NCBI GenBank assembly: GCA_977016875.1
Contig: CDRNST010000318.1
Location: 3,286,001 to 3,350,000 of the forward strand
Direction: 5' to 3'
DNA: 64,000 nucleotides
Source of the DNA: Pavona decussata
Taxonomy: Eukaryota
The notes beneath the pieces are model-generated. The model ran no database searches. It was not told the DNA's origin and worked only from the letters and a program-made list of their open reading frames with translations. Made by a program: the position numbers and the translations under genes. Of this stretch, positions 21,515-32,800 are shown piece by piece (the stretch's first letter is position 1; each line of letters begins with the position of its first letter).

Positions 21515-24088
21515 ATGAAGAGAGCAGGGATACACCTTCTCTTCAAACCTTCCCGCTTATTAAATCAGCTCAAAACAGATTTTAATCGTACATCAATTGG
21601 ACGTATCTCAGCGTGCAGGCTGAGCAGTACGGCTGTAAAAGTTCTGTCCCCAGAGGAGGCTCGGATGGAAAACTGGCGGCGGCGTGTTGATTTGGCGGCG
21701 TGTTATCGTGGCTTCGAAAGGTATGGCTTACATGAAGGGGTATGTAATCATCTGAGCATGATGGCTCCGGCGGCAAATGGTAAAGGAGAAGTCATGATGC
21801 TGATCCCATATGGATTGCATTGGAGTGAGGTATGAAAAACGTTCATGCACACGAATATCGCTTTATCCTGTTTACTGGAGTGAGAATTGAGAAAGAAATA
21901 CAGATCAACTTTACAAAGTTGTTAGAGTGCTTGCTTTGCGTTTACGTTTGCTTATAAATTCTCATGTAGATTTAACCAGCAGCCGGCAGTATTTTTAGGT
22001 TGTGGATGTGCGAAAACCACCCCAACAAAAATTGGCCATAAATGAATAGGGTCCTAACTGCTAGCTGGTTTCATTTGTCTTTCAGGTTAAAGCGTCGTCA
22101 TTTGTGGGTCTGAACGAGAAGGGTGAAGTAGTTGAAGGAACAGGAGAGGCTGAGATTTCAGCGTCAACTATTCACCGCGGAGTTCATCGGGCGCGGCCAG
22201 ACGCAGTGTGTGCGTTTCACCTACACCCGCCATATTGCACAGCCATAGGTAGAAAAGTTTTGCACCTTTCAGGTGTTGTGAATATAGCTGTTTTTAGGCA
22301 AATTGTCGCTCTTCTTTCAGACCGATTCTACACTACGACAAGAAAAATCTATAGTAGACAGAGAATTCGAATACGAGGGAGGTGACAGGAATAGGGCTTT
22401 AATGAGCAGACTATATCTTATAATTGTGCTTTTCTGTATTAGGATCCTTGAAAAATCCCAAACTTGCAATGTGCCACCAGAATTCATGTTACTTTTATAA
22501 TCGCATCGCTTACGATCGAGACTACAGTGGGCTCAGCTTGGATGATGAAGAGGGCATGCGCACAGGGAAGCAACTTGGAGACAAGTCGGTACTGTTCATG
22601 TGTAATCACGGGGTACTGGTTGTGGCGGAAACCGCTGCCAGAGCGTTTGATGATGTCTACTATTTAGAGCGTGCCAGTATGACGCAGGTAACTAATATTA
22701 CTATACACGGTTGTCAGGGAAACAAAGTCTTTGTAATTGAAGAAATTCTATCGGTCTGTCTGTCTGTTTTTGGTCTTATCAAGTGAGTTGATATTGTAAT
22801 TTGGTCACTGTCAAGAGATTCGAGAGCTGACGTTTAGTGCCTGTCTGTCTGTCTGTCGGTCGGTCCGCCTACCTGTCTCTCTCTTTTGTCCTCCCTCCCC
22901 CCCCCCCCCCTCCCTCTCTCCTTCTACTTTACAAATTTGTAACACGGGTGCAACAGGTTCAAATTATTCCAATGTAGAGTTACTAAGTAATTTATTCAGT
23001 AAGTGTACCTTAAACCCTCGTGATATTATTAAGTGAACACCATTCATTAGTGGCCAGCTGGTGCAAGCCACTCTAACGTACAGTTGACGTCTTTCCGCCA
23101 GACGTAAGCCGCAGAACGACTTCGTGATATTAAAAATTCATTTAAAAGCAGGAAAGGGAAAAAAACAAATATACAACGACGTTAAATATCCGTTAAATAA
23201 AGGCTGGTATTGCGCATGTTCTCGTTAGTTCTCGCACTCGAAACACGTTTATGAGCACCTCATTTTCGGTTCATCTTTCAATTTTTCGATTTTACTTCAG
23301 AGATGGGACATTCAATTAATAAGCGACCAAGTTTACAAGCACGAGAATTTGAAGTGCAGCGATTTATTATTGTAAGGAAATCTTGCTTTTATTTGCCATT
23401 TTTAAAGTACTCAGAATCATCAAGTCGTAACTTAAATATTGACATTGTAGAAAAATGTTGTCCTAGAAATGGGCTTGATTGAAACAAATGAATTGTTTAT
23501 GTGTAACAACGAAAAATATCAAACGGCCAAGAAAGGTTTAGAGATGAGTAAATCAATACTTTTTTTGTATGCGTGTTTAATCTGCTAACCTATGAGCTTG
23601 ATATCTTCTATGTTATGTGAAATATAAAATGTGATGGTATATTTCCAGCCTGGGGAATGAATGAGAATGATGTATTATTCTAGAAATTGACACAGGCATG
23701 CTCGGAAAAAAGAAATCCGAGTGCTTCTATCAGGAGTCGAACCTAAGACCTTCCGAGTCTCCTGTAGCTCAGTGGTAGAGCATCCGAACTAGTAATCGGA
23801 AGGTCTTAGGTTCGACTCCTGATAGGAGCACTCAGATTCCTTTTTTCCGAGCATTCCTGTGTCACTTTCTAGAATAATACATCACTCTCATCTTCTATGT
23901 TATTTCTCACATTTCCACAGGTCCTGGCCATGTCAACAGGACAAGAATTGTTTGAGTTACCTGACGAAGTAGCAAGGCAAACGTATGAGGGCTTTGACGG
24001 CCAAGGTCAAAGGCAAATATACTGCGATGCTCATTTCGATAGCATCAAACGAGTTCTTGCAAAAGAGTGCCCAGACTACATGGAATGA
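21515..24088 (+). CDS. Class II aldolase/adducin N-terminal domain protein (Zn-binding, PA3430/NovR-like), ~296 aa, with a probable mitochondrial presequence
   Basis: Exons 21515-21829, 22086-22248, 22443-22687 and 23921-24088 join in frame. Motifs: RVDLAACYR..GLHEGVCNHLS, PYGLHWSEVKASS, IHRGVHRARPDAVCAFHLHPPY (HxH), LFMCNHGVLV, YYLERA. The N-terminus is R/K/S/L-rich and acid-poor. Confidence 0.9.
23617..23889 (+). mobile_element. tRNA(Thr-AGT)-like-containing short retroposon with an inverted 5' duplication, in aldolase intron 3
   Basis: 14-bp TSD ATCTTCTATGTTAT (23603-23616, 23890-23903); 95-bp inverted arms 23662-23756 / 23796-23890; cloverleaf at 23758-23830 with A box TAGCTCAGTGG and B box GGTTCGACTCC. 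Confidence 0.8.
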
Positions 24089-24865
24089 GCGTAAGGAATA
24101 TCTGCGGCGTATTCAGATACAACTATGCGCAAATACTTTCTATAAACCGACCATGAAAGGACCTCTTCAAAAACATAGCAGCAATTTACAGCCGGATCTT
24201 AAAGTGGATCGTAATGAGCAGTATACTTTATAAAAAAAAATTTAAAAAGTGGAAGGTTAATGAAACAGCTGAAAATGTGTTTTATATGATTTGGCCTTAG
24301 TTAGACCAGTCAACATGACTAACCTTCGTGAAAAGTCAGTTTTTACTAGCCGAAATATTAGGCAAACTTTTCAGCTCTTTGATCAGCCTTGGATTTTTCA
24401 AAACTGCCAAATATACTATCATGAAATTTCAAAACCGGATGAAAAAACATCTGCCTGTTTCTATTGGGCTCTTCATTAGAATGTCAATAAAGATCACTGA
24501 CGAATTGAACACTTCAGGTACTGAGAATTCGACTTTGCAATGAAAATCAGTTAAATAATGTATGAGGTTTTCCAATTGGCTTGTATGTGTGTTTTGGGCA
24601 ATAAAATGAGGGCTTCTTTTTGTAGTGTTGGGACTGATTTCATGACAATTACCCAGTGCACTGAAGTTTATATGGATTTGCCAGTTCTAGCGTAAGCTGG
24701 ACAGGAGAAAACGAAACGTTAACACGTACAAAAATACGGTAAACCTTGCCACTAATGATGCCGAGTCGAGTCAGAGCCCAACGGACTGGACATACTCTCT
24801 GAATGAGAGATAAGCGTTGTCACCATTTTACGTCAACTTCAGTTTGTATTTTCACAGATCGACAG

Positions 24866-25049
24866 GCGTCATATGTGGGTTGAGTTTGTTGTTGGTTCCC
24901 GTCTTTGCTCTGAGAGGTTTTTCTCCGGGTACTCTGGTTTTCCCCTCTCCTCAAAAACCAACATTTCTAAATTCCAATTCGATTTGGAAAGTGTCTCCAA
25001 TTAGAGTTCTGCGCTAAAGACATTGACACTTGAATGAAGTGATTTATTT
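24866..25049 (+). mobile_element. 5'-truncated copy of the same V/Meta-like SINE
   Basis: Aligns with 44105-44270 (GTCATATGTGGGTTGA..GAGAGGTTTTTCTCCGGGTACTC..CTGCGCT). Confidence 0.75.
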
Positions 25050-25789
25050 CCCTCCACAGGGCTGGGGAAATATGGCGGCCTTTGTTTCCGTTTCCATTGT
25101 ATATTAGGTTTTAAAGGGTGGGTCGATTGGTCCCGTGCGGAATCCTCAATAAGAGGCTATCCCTCGTCAGGTCTCTGCGGAACTCTCAACCAATCTGGCA
25201 TGGTTAGATCTAGTGGGGGCGGTTAGGCCCCAGCCTTTATTAACCAAATATTAAAGTGTGCAGAATTTGCTTAAAGGCTATGAATAGTACACAATACCCG
25301 TCGACAATATGACAAGGTACATGAATGAAACGCTTCTTTCCCTACCATGCCTTCGGGCGACTTGCCAGCGTTAATATCAAAATGGCTGAAAAAGAGAAAA
25401 AAACACAGCCGACAGCGGTACCTCTGGACACTGTGCCGGAGCGTTGTACCATGACGATGCACCACGAGATTTCGGCCCGCAGTTCGCTTATGCCAGCTGG
25501 AGATGGTTCCGGGATGCTTTCCGATACCTTGTCCCCGACAAGACAGTGAGGGAGAGAAAAGTCGGCCCCTAGACCATATGAGACAGATCCCTTTCGTGGG
25601 CACCTCAGTTCCACCTTACTGACTTAAACTGAGATTCAGGCATGTATATATATGACAATGTAGTCATTTTGTCTTCCATGTGGTACGGATGTAGTACGTT
25701 TTGAAGTTTGAGCATGCGCACGGGCTGAAACGATATAATGACGGAAGGATGACTCGTGGTCAAACGACCTGTAGTACCGCTAGTCTTGG

Positions 25790-28020
25790 ACTTCTTTTAC
25801 CTTATTTTATTCTTACAATTTTTGGTGCCGTTTTCCCGAAAACGATTGCTCCTTCGGTGGATTGTTTACATTGTTAATGGAATCAGGTCGTCACTCGAAG
25901 AGCACTGTGAAACCCGTTGCTATTTTTCTGTTTTTGGCTAAAAAGTGAACACTTATTACTGTTCCTTGTAATGAGAATGTGCCACGTTTGTTGCTACAAC
26001 CACTCAGATGCTACCTTTCGCCTCTTGATGTCTGATGACATCAAACCTAACCCTGGACCAGTTTCTGCTTCGACTGCCGGTAAGATCAATTACCTCGTAA
26101 TGAATGCAAGAAGCTTAAAAAGTTATCACAAAGACAGCACAACAACCGAAAACTCTGACGTTACTGTGCGTCAATGAGACATGGTTGAACCAAAAAATCA
26201 GCAACTCTGAATATTGCATTCTGGCTTTACAATATTTAAGAGAGATCGGTCTGATCGAGGTGGTGGTGGAGTTCTTATCACAATCAAAACAGCCTCCTTC
26301 AAAGCTGTAAAAGAATTTAAGCCTGAATCGGAAGTCGAACTGCAACAGCTTGAAATCATTTTTGCCGAAATTGCTACGCTTACTGGTCCAAGAATTTTAT
26401 TCTGTTTTTGCTATGGGCCACAATGACCAAAGTTGGATTGATGTATTCGATAATTTTCTGCATGAAGCGGTTTGTGACCAGTTCGACAACTGATATGGTA
26501 ATTTTGGGTGACTTTAATTTGCCAGACATCCTCTGGGACTCCACTGACAGCGCATCGGGTGTTAACGAACTAACCTTTATTGAAACCCTTCTCGACCACC
26601 TCTTGACATGCACAACTCAATAAAAACCCACTCGTCGCAACAACATACTTGACCTTGTAATCACGAGCTTGCCGAACCGTGTCAATGTAACCGACATATT
26701 GTCTCCAAAAGGTACGGGGATTTTACAGACGTCATTATTACAGCGTCATTATTTTCCAGTTTAAAGCTTTTATAAAAGCCCCACCAAAAACCCTGAGATT
26801 TGTCTACGATTATGCAAAAGGCGACTTTGAGGGTCTCCGTACGGCTCTGTCAACAATTAACCTCTCTTCGATCATAGCCAATGACGATATAAATACTGAC
26901 TGACATCAATGGAAAGACACGTTTCTTGCTTTTTCTGACCATATCAGACCAAAAGGCTTGAGGGACGGAATCCCATACCTTGGATGTCTGGTGCCATACT
27001 TAATGTGATCATGAAAAAGGAATCTATAAGACAAAAGCTGAAACTATCCCCTTCGAGCCACCTAAGGGAGAAGTTAAAAAACTTGCGCAAAACAGTTAAG
27101 CGCAGGCTGTGAAACAGCTGTGATAAGTTTCTTGGTTCCGTCGAGTCCGACCTCAACACAAACCCAAATCGTTTTTTGTCGATATTGAAGCTGAATTCCA
27201 AATCGCTTACAATTCCTAATCGAGTCTCGACGCCAATATCAGCCAGTGCATCCACTGACCCAAGTAATCGTACGCCGTTAAGATCTTCAGCCGAAAATCT
27301 TCGGGAAATAGCCAATCTGCTTAACTCCTACTTCGCATCAGTTTTCGCCAATGACAACCCCTCCCTCCCCCCCCCCCCCCCTCCTTCATCTGGAAGCGAT
27401 GCCAATGCACCAGCTTCTCCTGATATGTCGGAATTATCGCTCAGGGTTAGCGAAATCCACGAAAGCCACCCGAGTGCACTGAGAATTACAGCCCCCCCTA
27501 CTTTTCGTCACTGGTATCAAAAATCTTGGAGCGATGTGTATTTAACACTTCAAAGATAAACTGTACGAGGTGGTAAGAAATTGTCAACATGGATTCATTA
27601 GAGGGAAATGATACACCTCCAACCTTTTGGAAGTTTTGGACCACGTGGGCTCCCTATTAGACAACGGAAAACACGGGTGGAATGATCTATATAGCCTTCG
27701 ATAAGGTGAACCACGGCTGCCTGCTGCAAAAGTTTCACGAATTCGGATTTGGAGGCAGCCTCTTGCAGTGGTTTAACTCTTACCTGATAGGTCGCTACCA
27801 ACGTGTAACAGTGCTGGGCGAAACTTCTGATCCTCTGCCTGTCAGCTCCGGAGTACCTCAGGGCTCCATTTTAGGCCCGACGTTATTTCTCACTGATCTA
27901 TGTAAATTACTTGCTCGATTCGGTCATGACGAGCCACCTTGCCATATTTTCCGATGACACAAAGATATATAAACAAATTTAATCTCAGGAAAATGCTGCG
28001 TACCTACAAGCTGACTTGCT
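25790..28020 (+). pseudogene. Decayed CR1/L2-clade LINE ORF2 (AP endonuclease plus partial reverse transcriptase)
   Basis: DDIKPNPGP, MNARSL, ETWLN, FKRDRSDRGGGGVLI, VILGDFNLPDI, NILDLV; RT motifs AFDKVNH, SGVPQGSILGP, FSDDTK. Many frameshifts and stops, plus an internal deletion near 27460. Confidence 0.85.
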
Positions 28021-28870
28021 TGCTGGCTAGATTGACGTAGGGAAACTCAGCTAGTGCACTTGTTTAGTGCAACATACGATTAATTTTCTCTTAAAGGGTC
28101 GTTGGGTACTTCTGCTACATGCCCAAGACAGTTCTGAAAAATGTTTGGTTCTACGTGATTGGACGTCTATCAAGAAATAACGAGTCTGGTAGCAAATTAA
28201 GGTCGAGTTTTGGAAACTCGGCTTCTAGGGCTCGCCAGAACTAAATAGGACGGTCTCAGAGTCTCCCAGTTCCTGCCAAATTTACCGCAAAGCATTTCGT
28301 TGTAACAAATAACCAGCACGCCTATGGTTAGCCGATTCAAACAGTATTGTTTTCTGGCGAGTTGTAAGGAATCAATATATGATCAATTTTCAAGTGATTT
28401 TAGCCCGGTCCACATGTACGTACGTATAGGTTTTCGATCGTTTTTCTTACTCGTATTTTGAAGGCTAAGTTTGTTGGAGCGCTGATTTATGGGCTCAGAT
28501 GTGTTCAAAATTGAGGCGGCAACTTGCCGAACTTGCAACTTGGTTCAGTTCAACTTGCCGACCCACCGTAAAAAAGAAAAACCGAGAAATAAGATCAATC
28601 CTAAATTGTGTGAATTCCACAAAACTTGCTTGTAAGACTTCTCTACAAGCTCATACTCTGTCGTACTCGAATTTCAATTTCAAGACTCTGAACGTCTCGC
28701 CCTTGCATTTAAAACACTTTCAAGCCTCGGTGTCGCAATTTAAAAAGCCAAAATGTCTCGGGCTCTCGAGGTAAAACGCTAGTCTCGCCGTCTCGTAAAG
28801 TCTCGCTTTTCCCATTCGCCACCCCAAGTGGTGTTATTGTGTGTTTTTTTTTTAATCGGTGAATGCCTCG

Positions 28871-28931
28871 TCTTTTTCTTCCTCTTCTTCTTCTTCTTCT
28901 TCTTTTTCTTTTTCTTCTTCCTCTTCTTCTT
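28871..28931. repeat. (TTC)n-like microsatellite
   Basis: Imperfect TTC/TTT run read directly. Confidence 0.9.
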
Positions 28932-29599
28932 ATGCTTTTTTCGGTTTGGATCCAATAATTGCACAAGACTTGCACTGCGCCGCACAGAGAATATAATAAA
29001 CGATATTAAAATATAACATGATATAATGATACTTGAAAAACAAACTGTGCTTGCGTGCAGACGGCTCAACACGACGCTGGAGCCCCGGGGGCGGGTTATG
29101 CAGTTTATTTTCATGCGGGCGGAGTGAGTTCGCCCGGGGATTCAAACCCTTGCACTTCGACATACCAACTTTTAATGAAACGGTATCCCTTTTACGTTTA
29201 TAAAACAAAACAAAACAAAAAAGTTGTACCTCTTTCCCAGTATACCTTAGCTGTTAAAGCAAAGACTTTTTAAAAATGTCGCTAACGTTTCGCGCATACT
29301 ACGCCGGGTGGAAAAGGCGCCCCTTCGGGTGAAGACTCACTACATTGTCCTATATATGAAGTGGGGCTCTGGAGTAAAGCTTTACACTGTGACGGAGCTC
29401 TGCAACCCCGTCTACAACTTTCTTCAGCAGTGAAATCTGTCAAAAGAATAATATCTCAAATGAAGCGCGGGGTCTATAAAATAATTGATATGTACGAATG
29501 ACAGCCGAAAGCAATTGTATACTTATTCATCGTCAGAAAAGACATAAATTACATGTAAAGGAGTTACATACGTCGTACCGGTCCCAAGTGGAACCCATA

Positions 29600-29720
29600 A
29601 AAAGCGTCATGACGTCATCGCCAACTTGGCCCCTTCAGCCGAGCCAGCCTTTGGCCTCCATTCGGTGCCATGACGACTATTTATTATAAACGGTTTACGT
29701 TAGCCAATCAGAACACCGAC
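29600..29720 (+). promoter_or_regulatory. MAPK15 proximal promoter motifs (CRE palindrome, CCAAT box)
   Basis: TGACGTCA at 29610-29617 and AGCCAATCAG at ~29702-29711, 100-220 bp upstream of the ATG. Confidence 0.4.
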
Positions 29721-29824
29721 TCGATTGTACTCTGTTTTAACCACAGTGAAAACGCCGCATTGTTTAGTAAGTTTAGCGAAATTCATGGTGAAGGAGTCTC
29801 TAGCCTTTCGCAATTTTTTTAATT

Positions 29825-32800
29825 ATGAGTGCTGAAATAGATGCTCACATCACCAAGAAATATGAAATCAAGAAGCGTCTGGGCAAAGGAGTATGTTCAT
29901 TGTTCGTGTCGTTATGTTTCGTGCGGTTGGCGCCATTGCATAAGGCGGATTCTTCGATTTGACTAAGAGTTTGTTACTGTTTATAGGCTTATGGAATCGT
30001 CTGGAAAGCCATAGATCGACGCACGGGAGAAGTTGTTGCTGTAAAAAAGATTTTCGATGCTTTTAGAAATCAAACGGATGCTCAGGTATATCATGAAAAC
30101 ATGCAAGCTTGATGTAAGCTCAGCTTTTAAGAGGCCATATCAGGCTTATTTGAATGAATCATCGCCACTCATTTACACTGTTGTTCGTTTATTTTTGTCT
30201 TCAGAGAACGTTCCGGGAGATTTGTTTTCTTCAGGTATGTAGTCGCATTCAATTTTGTGACGTTTAGATATTTTTGAGGGAAAGAGTCTTATATTGTCAA
30301 ATGTCCGTACCGCTGTCGTCATTTTGCCGAAAAATGGTTGATTTCCGCTTCTCGATCTCACCGGTGAACCGTATGTTTGATTCCAGGAATTTGGAGACCA
30401 CGAAAACATCATAAAACTTCAGAATGTGATTAAGGCAGACAACGATAAGGATATCTACTTGGTTTTTGAATATATGGGTAAGTATTAAGATTATTATCGT
30501 TGCATTTTTCTTGGCTACAAGACAGGTTTTCTTATATCCACCTTAAAAAATTGCGCCATTTATTTCCGTTTAAGAAGCTTGCTATCAGAACCCATTTTTC
30601 CCAATCTATCTTTCGATATATTTCATTATATTCCTTTGTAAGTGTACTGCATTTAAATCGACTTAGCTTGCCCCGAGGTGCGACATAGCGTCTGTTTTCT
30701 TTTGCACTGCCGGGCTGATTTGCATGTTGAAGTATAAATATTGAGTACAGTACTTTCTCAGTTCTCAGCTAAATTTTGAAGTTTTCAAGTATGGTCTGTA
30801 GGTATATTTGGATGGCAAGGCAGATATATTTAGTGAATTTTATGTCATACAATTCTCTTGCCGTTTAAAAAGATTAAAAATTTCACTTTCTGTAGAAAGT
30901 AAGCTTATGTGGAATTATCTGACTAAAATATTTGTGGCTGAACCAATGCTTTACTTCGGCTTCCCAAAAGTCGTGACTACGATCTAAGAATGTTCTTGCG
31001 AAGAAGCAATATAGAATTGACGTCTTCCTATGGAATTTAGATCTTGAGAAATTTAGCAACAATACTTTTAGAGAATAATAATACTATTTCAAAGTTCTAA
31101 ATTTATATACATGTAGGAGGACTGATTGAAGTCTTTTTATTTTATCCTTTTGAAAATTATTACCTATAGTAAATACCATATAAAAGCGATTTTCAGTAGT
31201 ATTTCTAAGTGATGTTATTTATTTTTCATGGATTTAAATGTTAACGTTTTATCAAGTTGCTTGAAAGCTTTGTGGTCAAAATTATGCATTTAACACCTGT
31301 GAACAGAACAGAACCTGTTTTGATTTGTTCCTACAACTCCACAAGTGTCATTGAAAAATACTGAGAACTTATTCTCATTTTCGTGTGCTGAGGATTTTGG
31401 ACTATTCAGCATTGTATGTTTGTCACGTCCTAATAAGCAGATTTATAACATCAGTAATGGATTAATGCTATTCTTCACAGACACAGATCTGCATAATGTG
31501 ATAAAGAAAGGCAACATTCTGAAAGATATACACAAAAGATACATTATGTACCAGGTGAGCAATTTTGCTGCATGTGTGCATGAATTATTTTGTCAGGGAC
31601 TGTTTTCCATCCACCTTACCAAGGAAGGTGAACAGGTATTGGTTTCATGTATCCAGTCTTTCAATTAAAATTAATAACATACTAAAAAATCTTAGAATTT
31701 TCTTAGTTTTATGTACATACATTTTTTATTCTCCTCTTTGCTGGGAGTGGCACCTCCCCACCCCCACCCCCCACCAGAGAAATTCCGATACCTCACAAAC
31801 CACATTTATTTTAATCACTTGTCTTTATATACATATTTTTTGTCAGCTCATTATCAGAGAATAAAATGTTATTATTAAGTCTTTGTTACGTAGTTGAGTA
31901 TGATATTGTTCTTGAGTTCGTGGTATTGTGTAGTGTGGCCGCAATAAAATATAAAATTCCCATGGTAAAGGCTATTTTGATATTCTCAGCTTCATGACAG
32001 CTTCAACCTACCTTTGTAGAAGTTATTTTATCCCTTGATTATAATTACTGTGTTACAAAATTCTTAATTATTGCGTTTAAAACCATAAAAATCTTTTTAA
32101 GTTGGGCAAAAACTTAAATTCAGTAAAAAGGAAACCTTTCATTTTGTTGATAGAAAATGCCAACATCTTATCAGATGTCTGTTGGATATTGCAGTCCTCA
32201 ATCGAACCAATTGTATTTGTCTGTGTTTTCAGTACAGTTAATGAATGACTAAATATCTTGAAGCCTCTGATGTCAATTTGGAGAGCTACTTTGTGGTTCA
32301 CATCATCATGGTTATATGTCTTAATATAATCATTTCTGTTGCAGATATTAAAAGCAGCAATGTACCTGCATTCTGGAAATGTAATCCACCGAGATCAGAA
32401 GGTATTTTGTAAATTGAAATATATCTATAATTCTATACCAGTTCAATTCAGGATGTGTATTCCTTGTTATTGGCTACCATTTTTGGTCAAAAGATAAGTA
32501 ATGGTTTGAGCCTCAGGGGAGGGCCTCCCCAGCACCAAGGGCTTTAGTGGGCTTACATTGGGGGTGTGGTAGGGGGTATATTTGGAATTTTACGGTATCA
32601 GTGCTCTCCATACCTTTTTTATAGGAATGATTGTAGATTACAAGAGGCACTTTTGAATTGGGGCTCGTTCTACACATACAATCAAATGGTGTAGTTATAA
32701 AGTGTTCTAGATTTCATTGTTCTGTGGTTGAAAATTTTTCTTAAAATTTATTTTTTTTATTTGGTTACAGCCAAGCAATGTTCTCCTGGATTCAGAGTGT

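Noticed and set aside
23758-23830. Functional tRNA-Thr(AGT) gene
   Set aside because: It has an 8-nt anticodon loop and a terminal acceptor mismatch, and lies inside a TSD-flanked repeat with a degenerate second copy at 43257-43332; treated as retroposon-derived.
25271-25614. Overlapping GC-richer ORFs upstream of the LINE remnant
   Set aside because: No domain, splice pattern or termini recognised; possibly TE debris, left unannotated.
28709-29114. Poly-Lys/Arg/Phe ORFs
   Set aside because: Translations of a (TTC)n microsatellite.
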